Assembly (NCBI GenBank): GCA_965216465.1
Contig: CBDCFW010000006.1
Location: 96,001-160,000, forward strand
Source of the DNA: Bacteroidia bacterium
Lineage (GTDB): Bacteria > Bacteroidota > Bacteroidia > NS11-12g > UBA9320
Reading direction: 5' to 3'
Length of the DNA stretch: 64,000 nt
Shown: piece by piece, positions 21,409 through 31,986 of the stretch
How the letters are laid out: each line of letters starts with the position of its first letter
How positions within the stretch are numbered: the first letter of the stretch is position 1
Notes under the pieces: model-generated
The model's input: only the letters and a program-made list of their open reading frames with translations
Database searches by the model: none
Told to the model about the DNA's origin: nothing
Position numbers and translations under genes: made by a program

Positions 21409-22223
21409 TCGGCGTAAATATATTCAAAGATATATTCTGCTTCAAGCTCTCCTTTCGGATTGTAGTGCATTTCGTTGTTTAGCAAGCCATTATCGAGATA
21501 AAAATACTCTTGCTTTTGATTGGTTGTATTATAAGAATGAGCCACTCGTTCATTCTGATTGTAGGCATAAAAAATCTGAGTAAATCGGGGTTTATCTCCA
21601 TAAGTAGTATATGCCGTGCTCAATATCAAACCATTATCTGCCATTTCATAGGATGCCATTTCAATTGGCGTTCTATCTTCAGCAATTGTATACAATTGCA
21701 CTGGCTCGTTTCTCTCATTGTACACAGCAATTGACTTAGTGATTTTTGTCGTTCCGTCTTGTTGAATTAGAGTCGAGTGGGTTGAATCTACCAAGTCATC
21801 GTCTCCATAGGAGTATACATTTGTAAGAACTGTACTATCGTTCGTTTGGTAGAAGAATGTTTTTACCCAAATTGGAGCCTTTCCAATTGTATCGTATTTA
21901 TACGTTGCTCGACTAAAAGGCTTGCCATCCCTTTTCACTTCTAACTGCGAAATGCCTCTTTCTCCGTATTCAATGAACACCTCTTCAGTACTAGGCCAGC
22001 CCATGCAGATCATGTTTGATTTTTCATAAACCATCATACCCTCTTCATTAAACTTTTGATGGTTAAATAAGCAGGTATCGTTATTCTCAATAAACGCATG
22101 AACATAGAGATTCTTTTTTATCTCAAGTACTTGGTTCTTTCTTATCAAACTCGAATCGTTTGCTTGACCGAAAGTAAAAATCGGTAATGAAACGAGAACT
22201 ATCAGCTTTACTATACTTTTCAT
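21405..22223 (-). CDS. Exported hypothetical protein with YD-like beta-hairpin repeats
   Basis: Signal peptide from MKSIVKL (ATGA overlap with the tsaD stop); repeated YxY-(D/N)xxG units. Confidence 0.6.
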   Translation of the reverse strand: MKSIVKLIVLVSLPIFTFGQANDSSLIRKNQVLEIKKNLYVHAFIENNDTCLFNHQKFNEEGMMVYEKSNMICMGWPSTEEVFIEYGERGISQLEVKRDGKPFSRATYKYDTIGKAPIWVKTFFYQTNDSTVLTNVYSYGDDDLVDSTHSTLIQQDGTTKITKSIAVYNERNEPVQLYTIAEDRTPIEMASYEMADNGLILSTAYTTYGDKPRFTQIFYAYNQNERVAHSYNTTNQKQEYFYLDNGLLNNEMHYNPKGELEAEYIFEYIYAE

Positions 22224-23239
22224 TTTCTTGTATAACACACATCATTTAGTGTGCCAAAATTGTTTTGATTCATTTTTATTCTACCGGCATAAGCAATCAT
22301 TGCAGCATTGTCAGTGCAGTATTCAAACTTCGGTATGTAAGCTTTTACCCCGTTGCTTTGCTCCAAATTCATAACCGCATTTCTCAATGCCGAGTTTGCC
22401 GCAACTCCACCAGCAATACCAACATGCTTTATGCCTGTTTGTTTGATTGCTAAATCAAGCTTGCTCATTAAATAAGACACAATAGTGTGCTGAATAGATG
22501 CACACAAATCATTTAAATTTTCAGCTATAAAATTTTCGTTCAATCTTTTCTGTTTTTGAAGGTAGTAAAGAATTGAAGTTTTTAAACCTGAAAAACTAAA
22601 ATCCAAATTACCAACATTGGATGTAGCAAATTGGTATGCCAATGGATTACCTTCATTCGCTAATTTATCAATAATTGGTCCTGCGGGATAAGTAAGATTT
22701 AGCATCTTTCCTGCCTTATCAAATGCCTCTCCTGCAGCATCGTCAAGTGTCTTTCCTAACGTGTCAATCGAATAATCTGCATTTACGCGAACAATTTGAG
22801 TATGCCCTCCCGACACCAATAAACACAGGAAAGGAAGTTCAATTTCATTGTCATCAATGAAATGAGCAAGTGTATGAGCATCGATATGATCGACATTAAC
22901 AAAAGGAATATTATTCGACATTGCCAGCCCTTTTGTGAACGTATAACCAACAAGAAGTGAACCCATGAGACCAGGTCCTTGAGTGCAAGCAATAGCCGTA
23001 AGATTTTTAACTGAAACACCTGCCTTTTTGAGGGCAGCTTGAACAGTAGGAACAACATTTAATTGATGTTTTCTACTAGCCCACTCAGGTACGACCCCAC
23101 CGTATTCTTCGTGAATTTTCTGTGAAGCAACAACATTGGAACATATTTTGCCATCAATTAGCACAGCTGCAGCGGTGTCATCACAGGACGATTCTATCCC
23201 GAGAATTATCTCTTGTGAATTGTTGTATGCTTGTTCCAA
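22220..23239 (-). CDS. tsaD: tRNA N6-adenosine threonylcarbamoyltransferase
   Basis: ILGIESSCDDT, GGVVPE, HIDAH, LLVSGGHT, DDAAGEAFDK, CTDNAAMIA. Confidence 0.98.
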   Translation of the reverse strand: MEQAYNNSQEIILGIESSCDDTAAAVLIDGKICSNVVASQKIHEEYGGVVPEWASRKHQLNVVPTVQAALKKAGVSVKNLTAIACTQGPGLMGSLLVGYTFTKGLAMSNNIPFVNVDHIDAHTLAHFIDDNEIELPFLCLLVSGGHTQIVRVNADYSIDTLGKTLDDAAGEAFDKAGKMLNLTYPAGPIIDKLANEGNPLAYQFATSNVGNLDFSFSGLKTSILYYLQKQKRLNENFIAENLNDLCASIQHTIVSYLMSKLDLAIKQTGIKHVGIAGGVAANSALRNAVMNLEQSNGVKAYIPKFEYCTDNAAMIAYAGRIKMNQNNFGTLNDVCYTRK

Positions 23240-23270
23240 TTTATGTTTGTATTAGTATAAGTTTAAAACG

Positions 23271-26200
23271 TTGCCAAAAATAGTTAAAATACCGCTCATT
23301 GTGCTTGCCATTCTGTTGGGCTTAGGCCTTATTGCACTCGGAATTTTGCAAACCAATTGGTTCAAAAACTATGCAACAAATCGCGTAATTAATCACTTGA
23401 GCTCAGAGCTTAAAGTAAAAGTTCAAATTGATGAAGTTTCAATCGACTATTTCGATAGGCTGTCAGCTAAAAATTTGATTATCGAAGACCGAAATCAGGA
23501 TACCCTAATTTACATTGCTGAGTTGACTGCCGATTACGACCTCTTTACATTCTCAAAAGAAATTTTAAACCTCGACAAAGTAGTAATTAATAATGCCGAT
23601 GTAAACATTGGAGTCTACGACACAACGAACCAACTTAACATTCAATTTTTAGTTGACTACTTCAATCCAAAAGATAGTAAAACACAAAACGAACCACCTA
23701 AGCTATCGTTTGACAAAATAGAATTAAACTCCTCTCGTTTTCATTATTTCAATAAAGTATTGGACCCTCCCTCTACCCGAAGGTTTGATGAAACTGACAT
23801 GGAATACTCTAGCATTGATGCTGTTCTTCACGATTTCACCATTATTGGAGACTCACTCAATTTTGATATTAAATCGTTAAGTACCAAAGAGAAATGTGGG
23901 CTTTATGTAGAAGACTTTTCGAGTAAAACCATCATAAGCAGACAACTGATGTCTTTCACCGACTTGAAGTTTAAAACTAATCGAAGTGAAGTTGAATTGG
24001 ACCTCGAGTTTACTTATTCTCACTACAAAGATTTTGGGGACTTCATTCATAAGGTTCACATAGCTAGTGATGTTGCATCAAGTTCAATTCACAGTCAAGA
24101 TTTGGCCTATTTCCACAACAACCTGAACTCTATTAATGAAGTTATTCAGATTCACGGAACGGCCAGCGGTAAGGTCGACAATTTGACTTGCACAGATTTA
24201 AACCTCAAGCTAGGCGACCAAACAAAATACACCGGCAAGGCTTCTTTGGAAGGAATTCCCGATATCGAAAACATGAGATTCATATTGGACGCGGATAATT
24301 TCGAAAGCTCAACTCAAGAAATTGTTCGGCTGATTGAGATCAATGGCCTTCCTTCTGAATTTACAGAACTTGGTCATGTCGTTTTTGATGGGGAATTTTC
24401 AGGGAAGCTTGACGCTTTTTTAGTGAATGGCAACATCTTGACACGATTAGGAAAAGTAACTACAAACCTAAATTACTCCTCTTCTGGAAACTCGACTTAT
24501 AAAGGGTCAATCGCTGCTCAAGAATTTAACCTAGGGGAGTTACTCAACCTCCCAGAATTTGGTTCGACTTCGTTAAATTTAGACATAGATGGTTCAGGTT
24601 TAACTCTCCATGATTTAAAAAGTAAAGTATACGGAAACATCGACTATTTCGACTACGAAAATTACCGGTACAAAAACATTAGTTTAGACGGCGAGGTAGC
24701 CGAAAATATTTACATTGGAACATTTAATATTGTCGACCCAAATTTCAACTTTGGGTTCAGCGGTAAGTTAGACGCAACCTCAGAAGACGCTATCATTAAG
24801 GTAAACACCAACGTAAACGCCATCAACTTAAAAACGTTGGGACTCGATTCTACTAATGCCTTTGTAAAATTTCATGGCCCAATACACATTACAGCAAGTT
24901 CAATAAATGACATAACTGGAGTCAGCAACTTGAAAAACTTCACCTACTCAAGAGCAGGAAACAATTACAAATTAAAAAAGGTTAAAGTTCGCACAAGTAA
25001 AGATTCATTGTCGGTTCACTCTGACCTTGGCATAATTGCACTATCAGGCAGTTACTTAAACAATGAACTGGGTGGAATTACAGATCATTTAATTTCTATC
25101 TTCAACCCTAACGAGCTAGACTCATTAAGCCCCTTAGAATCTGACTCTATTCGTTTGTTTGCTCAACTCGTAGAACACCATCCTATCTACAAAGAATTTT
25201 TGCCTGGATTCTACTTCGACAGTGCATCATTACTGCTTTCGTACGACTATAATTCAAACAAAATATCGTCTTCAAACTTCATTTATAGCCCTGACTATTT
25301 GAACACAAACAGTAAATGGGCCAGCGTAAAGTTTAAAAACTCAGGCACGAATACCCCAATCAATTTTTCGGTAAACACGGATGGTTTAAATAACGGAGAC
25401 AGCGTGCTTTTTGACGTTCTAAATGCTCACGGTTTTGCAAATGAAGGAATTGTGCATTTTGAAACGACTTCAAGTAAAGACACGTTGTTGGATATCATTT
25501 TATCGGGTCGTTACATGTACCAAAATGATTCTTCTATAGTTTATTTAGACGATTCAAAAGTTGAGATTTATGGAACACCATGGACTCTCAAAAACACCGA
25601 ATTCCCAAATATTATTAATCACAACGGCATTACAGAATTTTTCTACTTTGATTTTAGATATAACGACGAGATCTTGTTTCTCGACGCATCGCTTGGTAGG
25701 CATGCAGATAAACTCAATCTGTCCTTAGCTAATTTCAGATTAAAAAACTTGATGCCATTCTTTACCGCATACGATTTTATGCTTGATGGATCCGCCAATG
25801 GTTATATCGATATTTCAGACCGCGACGGCTATCCATTTATTGAATCCAAATTTAGAGTAGAAAACTTGCAACTAAACGATGACACACTTGGCAATCTTGA
25901 TTTTCAAAGTTCAGCAACAGACGAGTTATTGGTCATTGATGTAGATGGAAAATTAGATAGTGGTATTCTCAATGATCTAAGCATTGAAGGCAACTTAGAC
26001 TTTAATAATTCCAATTCTCCATTAAACCTTGAACTAACGACCGATAGTAGCGGCATTAAACCATTTGAAAAATATTTAGACGGTCTTGCTTCAAATATTG
26101 AAGGGTACTCTACCACCAAAATAAACATCACAGGACCTCTTGAGGCACCAAAACTGACAGGTACAATGCGGATTGATGGCCTTGACTTTGTGGTTGATTA

Positions 26201-27641
26201 TTTGCAAACAAGATACTCCGGCGATGCCCTTCTTGACATCTCTCACAATGCATTTACCATTAACAAGGCCACTGTTTTTGACCAGTATAGAAGTGCTGCT
26301 TCTGTATCCGGCAAAGTATCACATAAAAACTTTATTGACTACCTATTCGACATTCATATCGACAAGCTCGAAAATTTCGAAATCATGAAAACCGAGCGAA
26401 AAGACAATGAGCTTTTCTATGGCAATGCCTTTGTTGATGGAGACATGCACATATCTGGACCATTGGACGACATTCTTTTAGAAATCAACGCTAAAAGTAG
26501 AAAAGGTACAGAGATAGAAATCCCGCTAGATAATTTCGAAACGAGTGGGAAGCTTAGTTATGTTGATTTTGTCAACCTAAAAGAAGATAACAATGCACTA
26601 AATGAAGCCGTAACCAACATTGCGGGAATACAAATGAACTTCAACTTTGAAGTAACCAAAGATGCTAAAGTAACCATGGTCTTTGATGAGCTTTTGGGCG
26701 ACAAGATTGAAGCTGCAGGTCACGGAAATATTCGTATGGAAATTAACACTTACGGCGATTTTAACATGTACGGCGGTCTGACAATTGACGAAGGGAACTA
26801 TCTATTTACTGCTTTTGATTTAATTAACAAATACTTTGTTGTAAAACCTGGCGGAACCCTATTTTGGGATGGAAATCCTTACAACGCGACAATCAACCTT
26901 TCGGCCACCAAGCGCGAATACCCTGTTCCTCAAATTCTTCTTTCCGGCTTGCTTAGCGAAGATGAGCTCGACCAGTATAATCAAGCAATCCCGGTCGACT
27001 GCCATTTAATTCTAAAGGGATTGTTATTTAACCCCGATGTTGCATTTGATCTCTCCTTCCCATCTCAAATTGGCATAAGCACCACCAACAATACTGCACT
27101 GACAACGGTAATTGATAGAATTAAGCTAGATCAAGACGAATTAAGCAGACAAGTATTTGCCCTTCTTGTTCTCGGTGCATTTATACCTCCAAGTTTCGCT
27201 AATGTGTCAGCAGAAGATTACAATGCTGGTACTGGTGTTGCTCATACAGGCTGGAACAGTCTTTCTGACCTAGCGTCAAGTCAGTTGAACAATTGGTTAT
27301 CTCAGTTGGATACTCGTGTTCAAATCGGCCTAGATTACCAAGTCACCGATGCTGAACGAGACGAGATTATTCTTTCACTCCGAAGAAAGTTTTTTAATGA
27401 CCGACTCGAATTGGGATATTCGATTGATGCAGGCGCGGCGGCTGGAACCCGTCCATATGATGTTAATGTTCAATATAACCTCAGCCAAGATGGTAATTTT
27501 AAGATTAGAGGTTTCCAAAAAAATGCAAATGACCCAACATTGGGCAGCATCAATAACATTACGACCACAGGAGTTGGTCTATTCTACAGATATCAGTTCG
27601 ACAAATTCCGCATCCGAAGAAAGAAAAAGAATAAGCAATAA
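23271..27641 (+). CDS. tamB: Translocation/assembly module TamB domain protein
   Basis: N-terminal TM anchor, long beta-taco repeats, C-terminal DUF490-like region (W.GNPYNA.INL.A, QVFALLVLG.F, GVGLFY). Confidence 0.9.
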   Translation: MPKIVKIPLIVLAILLGLGLIALGILQTNWFKNYATNRVINHLSSELKVKVQIDEVSIDYFDRLSAKNLIIEDRNQDTLIYIAELTADYDLFTFSKEILNLDKVVINNADVNIGVYDTTNQLNIQFLVDYFNPKDSKTQNEPPKLSFDKIELNSSRFHYFNKVLDPPSTRRFDETDMEYSSIDAVLHDFTIIGDSLNFDIKSLSTKEKCGLYVEDFSSKTIISRQLMSFTDLKFKTNRSEVELDLEFTYSHYKDFGDFIHKVHIASDVASSSIHSQDLAYFHNNLNSINEVIQIHGTASGKVDNLTCTDLNLKLGDQTKYTGKASLEGIPDIENMRFILDADNFESSTQEIVRLIEINGLPSEFTELGHVVFDGEFSGKLDAFLVNGNILTRLGKVTTNLNYSSSGNSTYKGSIAAQEFNLGELLNLPEFGSTSLNLDIDGSGLTLHDLKSKVYGNIDYFDYENYRYKNISLDGEVAENIYIGTFNIVDPNFNFGFSGKLDATSEDAIIKVNTNVNAINLKTLGLDSTNAFVKFHGPIHITASSINDITGVSNLKNFTYSRAGNNYKLKKVKVRTSKDSLSVHSDLGIIALSGSYLNNELGGITDHLISIFNPNELDSLSPLESDSIRLFAQLVEHHPIYKEFLPGFYFDSASLLLSYDYNSNKISSSNFIYSPDYLNTNSKWASVKFKNSGTNTPINFSVNTDGLNNGDSVLFDVLNAHGFANEGIVHFETTSSKDTLLDIILSGRYMYQNDSSIVYLDDSKVEIYGTPWTLKNTEFPNIINHNGITEFFYFDFRYNDEILFLDASLGRHADKLNLSLANFRLKNLMPFFTAYDFMLDGSANGYIDISDRDGYPFIESKFRVENLQLNDDTLGNLDFQSSATDELLVIDVDGKLDSGILNDLSIEGNLDFNNSNSPLNLELTTDSSGIKPFEKYLDGLASNIEGYSTTKINITGPLEAPKLTGTMRIDGLDFVVDYLQTRYSGDALLDISHNAFTINKATVFDQYRSAASVSGKVSHKNFIDYLFDIHIDKLENFEIMKTERKDNELFYGNAFVDGDMHISGPLDDILLEINAKSRKGTEIEIPLDNFETSGKLSYVDFVNLKEDNNALNEAVTNIAGIQMNFNFEVTKDAKVTMVFDELLGDKIEAAGHGNIRMEINTYGDFNMYGGLTIDEGNYLFTAFDLINKYFVVKPGGTLFWDGNPYNATINLSATKREYPVPQILLSGLLSEDELDQYNQAIPVDCHLILKGLLFNPDVAFDLSFPSQIGISTTNNTALTTVIDRIKLDQDELSRQVFALLVLGAFIPPSFANVSAEDYNAGTGVAHTGWNSLSDLASSQLNNWLSQLDTRVQIGLDYQVTDAERDEIILSLRRKFFNDRLELGYSIDAGAAAGTRPYDVNVQYNLSQDGNFKIRGFQKNANDPTLGSINNITTTGVGLFYRYQFDKFRIRRKKKNKQ

Positions 27642-27679
27642 ATCTTAGCCCTAGCTTAAGGGCCTTATCGGTTCCCGAT

Positions 27680-27687
27680 TATATTTG
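27680..27687 (+). promoter_or_regulatory. -7 promoter element TATATTTG of the Moco operon
   Basis: TAnnTTTG, 8 nt before the moeA ATG. Confidence 0.65.
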
Positions 27688-27695
27688 CTTTCAAT

Positions 27696-28886
27696 ATGTT
27701 GTCGGTTGAACAAGCTAAGGATATTTTATTGAATGGAGTGCCCGTTTTACCTTCTCAAGAAGTGGAACTTGATAAAGGATTGAACCACATTCTTTCGCAG
27801 TCATTTCGCGCAAATATGAGCCTTCCTCCTTTCAGACAATCGGCGATGGATGGCTACGCGGTTAACTATACCAATGTGAAGAAAGACAATTTCAATCTTA
27901 TTGGAGAAGTAGCTGCAGGAGACAAACACACAACATCATTAAATGAAGGTGATGCTGTCCGAATTTTTACAGGAGCAGCTGTGCCAGACGGAGCTAATGC
28001 CGTTATTATGCAAGAGTGGATTACCACTGAAAATAATATGGTCAAGCTTAATAATGATGCCGGCGAGCTTAAGCCCCAATTAAATATTCGTCCTGTTGGA
28101 GAACAGATTCAAGAGGGAGACATCGCTCTCGAGCAAGGAGCTCTATTAAATGGGCCAGCTCTGGGTTTGATTCAATCGTTTGGTGCAAGAACTGTTGAAG
28201 TTTTTCAAAAACCTAAAGTTGCATTAGTGGTAACTGGCAACGAGATTGTTAAACCAGGAGAAGATCTACCCTTTGGCTCCATTTACGAAAGCAATTCAAT
28301 CACGCTCACGTCCGCAATAAAACATGCTGGTTTTGATCTGCAGACTGTAATGTTTGAGAAAGATGAGCTAAGTGCAATTCAAAATGACATTGACCACTGC
28401 AGCAAAACTTCAGATGTTGTATTGGTTTCTGGAGGGATATCTGTAGGCGATTACGATTTTGTTAAAACTGCATTTGAGAATCTGAATGTTGAAGAAGTCT
28501 TCTATAAAATTGCTCAAAAACCTGGCAAGCCAATCTTCTATGGTCAGAAAGAGAATACCTGCTTTTTTGGTTTACCTGGCAATCCAGCATCCGCTTTGGT
28601 ATGTTTAATCGAATATGTGATTCCTGTCCTTAAGAAGATGGCTGGATATAAAAATTGCTTTCCGACAAAATTGAATCTCCCTATAACCAACAATTATGTA
28701 AAAAAGGGGAATCGTGCACAATATTTAAAGGCCAGATTAGGTGCAGAAGGAGTTGAAATCATGAACGGACAGGCCTCATCTATGTTGCACACCTTTGCCT
28801 TGTCAGACTGTCTGGTGTATATCCCAAACAACAAAACTGAAATAAACAAAGGTGAATCTGTAGAAGTACATCTAATCAATTCATGA
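27696..28886 (+). CDS. moeA: Molybdopterin molybdotransferase MoeA
   Basis: PPFRQSAMDGYA, RIFTGA, TGNE, SGGISVGDYD, KPGKP, GLPGNP. Confidence 0.97.
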   Translation: MLSVEQAKDILLNGVPVLPSQEVELDKGLNHILSQSFRANMSLPPFRQSAMDGYAVNYTNVKKDNFNLIGEVAAGDKHTTSLNEGDAVRIFTGAAVPDGANAVIMQEWITTENNMVKLNNDAGELKPQLNIRPVGEQIQEGDIALEQGALLNGPALGLIQSFGARTVEVFQKPKVALVVTGNEIVKPGEDLPFGSIYESNSITLTSAIKHAGFDLQTVMFEKDELSAIQNDIDHCSKTSDVVLVSGGISVGDYDFVKTAFENLNVEEVFYKIAQKPGKPIFYGQKENTCFFGLPGNPASALVCLIEYVIPVLKKMAGYKNCFPTKLNLPITNNYVKKGNRAQYLKARLGAEGVEIMNGQASSMLHTFALSDCLVYIPNNKTEINKGESVEVHLINS

Positions 28887-29647
28887 TTCTTTCAGCTACA
28901 TTTAGTTTATTAGAGGTCGATTACATTTATCTCTTTCTTATTCTTCTACCCATTGTCTCGTTATTGTACTCAGCGGTAGGCCATGGTGGAGCAAGTGGCT
29001 ATTTAGCCATGATGGCACTTTTCTCTTTTCCGAGCACATTTATGAAACCAGCAGCTCTGAGCTTAAACATTTTGGTTTCCGGATTGGCTTTTTACTATTT
29101 CTGGAGAAACGGACACTTTAAATGGAAATTATTCTACCCTTTTGCGATTACATCTATCCCGGCTTCATTTATTGGCGGCTACCTTAGCGTTGATGCCACT
29201 ACATATAAACTAATTCTAGGCGTGCTATTACTCGCGACCGTAGCTCGAATGTTGTTTATTGACACATCGTCAAAGACAAAATCTTCTAGTCAGCACTTAT
29301 GGCTGTCTCTAATCATTGGAGCATCAATAGGATTCTTTTCGGGAATGATTGGAATTGGAGGCGGTATTATTTTAAGTCCAGTAATTCTTCTATTAGGATG
29401 GGCAAACTTGAAAGAAACTGCAGCCGTATCAGCCTTGTTTATTTGGGTCAATTCGATTTCTGGAATGACTGGATTAATGGCTTCAGGTACTGAAATTTCG
29501 AAGGAAGTATTAATTATTGCCGCCTTTGCAGTTGTAGGAGGATTAATCGGCGGATATCTAGGCAGTAAAAAATTAAATAACTCAGCATTAAAATATCTAC
29601 TTTCAGTAGTATTATTGCTTGCTGCTATCAAACTATTATTGGTATAA
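28883..29647 (+). CDS. TSUP (TauE/SafE) family transporter
   Basis: YSAVGHGGASGY and SGMIGIGGGIILSP repeats, about 8 TM helices. Confidence 0.92.
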   Translation: MILSATFSLLEVDYIYLFLILLPIVSLLYSAVGHGGASGYLAMMALFSFPSTFMKPAALSLNILVSGLAFYYFWRNGHFKWKLFYPFAITSIPASFIGGYLSVDATTYKLILGVLLLATVARMLFIDTSSKTKSSSQHLWLSLIIGASIGFFSGMIGIGGGIILSPVILLLGWANLKETAAVSALFIWVNSISGMTGLMASGTEISKEVLIIAAFAVVGGLIGGYLGSKKLNNSALKYLLSVVLLLAAIKLLLV

Positions 29648-29665
29648 AACAGTTATCCTTTAACC

Positions 29666-29908
29666 ATGAGTAAATCTTCAACTATATTGTATTTCGGACA
29701 AATCACTGATCACACCCTCGTGAATGAGGAATCAATGGACCTAGGTGAACTGACAGTGGCTAATTTTACAAAACAAATAGAAGAACAATACCCTGGTTTG
29801 GCCCATACTTTTTATAGAGTTGCTGTTGATCAAGAAATCAGAGAACACGACTTTACTATAAAAGCAGGATCTGAAATCGCCATATTACCTCAATTTGCAG
29901 GCGGATAA
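29666..29908 (+). CDS. moaD: Molybdopterin synthase sulfur carrier MoaD
   Basis: 80 aa, YFG near the N-terminus, C-terminal PQFAGG. Confidence 0.93.
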   Translation: MSKSSTILYFGQITDHTLVNEESMDLGELTVANFTKQIEEQYPGLAHTFYRVAVDQEIREHDFTIKAGSEIAILPQFAGG

Positions 29909-29915
29909 ATACATC

Positions 29916-30629
29916 ATGCTTAATCAAAATGAAATACAACGCTATGCAAAGCATCTCTCTTTGACCGAGATTGGAAAGCCAGGTCAGGAAAAACTGAAAC
30001 AATCTAGCGTTTTGATTATTGGGGCTGGAGGATTGGGCTGTCCCTTGGCTCAACTGTTAGCCGCAACAGGCATTGGCAAAATGACTATTGTTGATGGCGA
30101 TTCGGTAGACATTTCGAATCTTCAACGGCAGATACTATTTCATGATGGCGATATTGGGAGAAAAAAATGCGAAGTGATAGCAGAAAAACTTCACATCCTC
30201 AATCCCAATTGTACAATTGCTGCATACCCTCATTTTTTAGATTCAAGTAATGCCGAACCATTGATTAATAATCATGATGTTGTTGTTGATTGTACAGACA
30301 GTGTTCCAACAAAACAATTATTGGGTGAACTGGCAGAGGTATTGAACAAAACGTTAATTTACGGTGCCATTCATAAGTTTGAAGGACAGGTTACAACCTT
30401 TAACCATCTTAACAAGTATCCCTATAAATCTCTATTCCCTGCGGAAAGTGAAGCGGCTTTAGCCTTTACATGTTCAGACATTGGTGTTTATGCCATCTTG
30501 CCAAGTATTATTGCAGGATACCAAGCCAATGAAGTGCTAAAAGTCCTTTTAGGATTAAATGGCATTTTATCAGGCAAAGTACTGTATTTTAACGCCTTAA
30601 CGAATAAACAAACCATTATAAACTTTTAA
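29916..30629 (+). CDS. moeB: MoeB/ThiF family adenylyltransferase
   Basis: RYAKH, IIGAGGLG, DISNLQRQ, DCTD. Start set at MLNQNE, after the moaD stop. Confidence 0.92.
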   Translation: MLNQNEIQRYAKHLSLTEIGKPGQEKLKQSSVLIIGAGGLGCPLAQLLAATGIGKMTIVDGDSVDISNLQRQILFHDGDIGRKKCEVIAEKLHILNPNCTIAAYPHFLDSSNAEPLINNHDVVVDCTDSVPTKQLLGELAEVLNKTLIYGAIHKFEGQVTTFNHLNKYPYKSLFPAESEAALAFTCSDIGVYAILPSIIAGYQANEVLKVLLGLNGILSGKVLYFNALTNKQTIINF

Positions 30630-30636
30630 AACAACC

Positions 30637-31068
30637 ATGAAATCGGTATTTATAGAAGGACCAATTAGCTCAAATTTCATTAGCGATAAGATTGCTGCTC
30701 ATCAACATAAACATGAAATAGGAGCCCACAGTATATTTCTAGGTCAAGTGAGAAAAGACACGATAAACGATCAGTCTGTTGTCGCAATAGAATATTCTGC
30801 CTATGAGGAAATGGCAAATCAAACCTTTCATGATATAAAAGAAGATGTCTTCGCTAAATACGATATCACCTGCATGCATATCTATCATAGTAAAGGAATC
30901 GTAAAAACGGGAGAAATTTGTTTCTTTGTCTTTGTATCTGCTCCAAGACGAAAAGTGGTGTTTGAAGCAATTGAATTTGCGGTTAATACAATAAAAGAAA
31001 AAACACCTGTATTCGGTAAAGAGATTTTGGAAAATGACACATATGCTTGGAAAGTAAACACTCCATGA
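30637..31068 (+). CDS. moaE: Molybdopterin synthase catalytic subunit MoaE
   Basis: GAHSIFLGQVR, IEYSAY, HSKG, IKEKTPVFGKE. Confidence 0.95.
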   Translation: MKSVFIEGPISSNFISDKIAAHQHKHEIGAHSIFLGQVRKDTINDQSVVAIEYSAYEEMANQTFHDIKEDVFAKYDITCMHIYHSKGIVKTGEICFFVFVSAPRRKVVFEAIEFAVNTIKEKTPVFGKEILENDTYAWKVNTP

Positions 31069-31985
31069 TAGACATAACACATAAAAATACAACACTTCGA
31101 ATTGCTACTGCAACTGCAACAGTAAAAGTGAGCAAGACGGAGACCATAGATGCCATAAAAAATAGAACTGTTCCAAAAGGAGATGTTCTTGAAATGGCAA
31201 AAACGGCAGGTCTATTTGCGGTAAAAAACACATCCAACTCGATTCCTGACTGTCACCCGCTTCCTGTAGAATACACAGGTGTAGAGTATAAGATTAACGA
31301 CCAAGAGTTAGAAATTGTGATTCTAATCACGGTTAAAACGATTTACAGAACGGGAGTTGAAGTGGAAGCAATGCATGGAGCATCTATAATAGCTCTTACC
31401 ATGTATGATATGCTTAAGCCTATTGACAAGGGTATTGAGATTTCTTCAATTAAACTTCTTCGAAAAAAAGGCGGAAAATCTGACTACCGCAAATACACTG
31501 ATGGTAAAGTTAATGCAGCCGTAATTGTGTGTTCAGATTCCATATCAAAAGGAGAAAAACAAGACAAAGCAGGATTGGCAATTCAAGATAAACTTCATGA
31601 ATTGAATGTTGATGTAGTAGATTATAAAATCATTCCTGACGAATTTGATCAAATACAAGAAATTGCCAAAAGCCATGTTAAGCAAGATGTTGATTTGATA
31701 ATTTTTACTGGGGGAACTGGCCTTTCAGATCGCGACACAACTCCTGAAGCAATTCGACCATTGATTGAACGTGAAATTCCAGGCGCAGCTGAAGCGATTC
31801 GTAAATACGGAATGGATCGAATCCCTTTTGCCATGCTATCTCGATCAGTTGTAGGAATTATCGGAAGCTCATTGGTTTTGACGTTACCTGGTTCAACAAA
31901 CGGAGCAAAAGAAAGTATGGATGCAGTGTTTCCTTCAATTTTACACATCTTTGATGTAATCAAAAACAAGCCACATACCAACTAA
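31065..31985 (+). CDS. moaC: Bifunctional MoaC / MoaB-MogA protein
   Basis: MIDITHK..LRIATA, IPDCHP and TGVEVEA (MoaC), then SD, TGGTGLSDRDTTPEA and LPGS (MogA/MoaB); ATGA overlap with moaE. Confidence 0.95.
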   Translation: MIDITHKNTTLRIATATATVKVSKTETIDAIKNRTVPKGDVLEMAKTAGLFAVKNTSNSIPDCHPLPVEYTGVEYKINDQELEIVILITVKTIYRTGVEVEAMHGASIIALTMYDMLKPIDKGIEISSIKLLRKKGGKSDYRKYTDGKVNAAVIVCSDSISKGEKQDKAGLAIQDKLHELNVDVVDYKIIPDEFDQIQEIAKSHVKQDVDLIIFTGGTGLSDRDTTPEAIRPLIEREIPGAAEAIRKYGMDRIPFAMLSRSVVGIIGSSLVLTLPGSTNGAKESMDAVFPSILHIFDVIKNKPHTN

Positions 31986-31986
31986 T

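Noticed and set aside
27642-27695. Moco riboswitch or ModE box before moeA; fluoride riboswitch before crcB
   Set aside because: The moeA leader is only a few nt, and the weak GCCCT/AGGGC hairpin lies upstream of the promoter; crcB overlaps its upstream gene.
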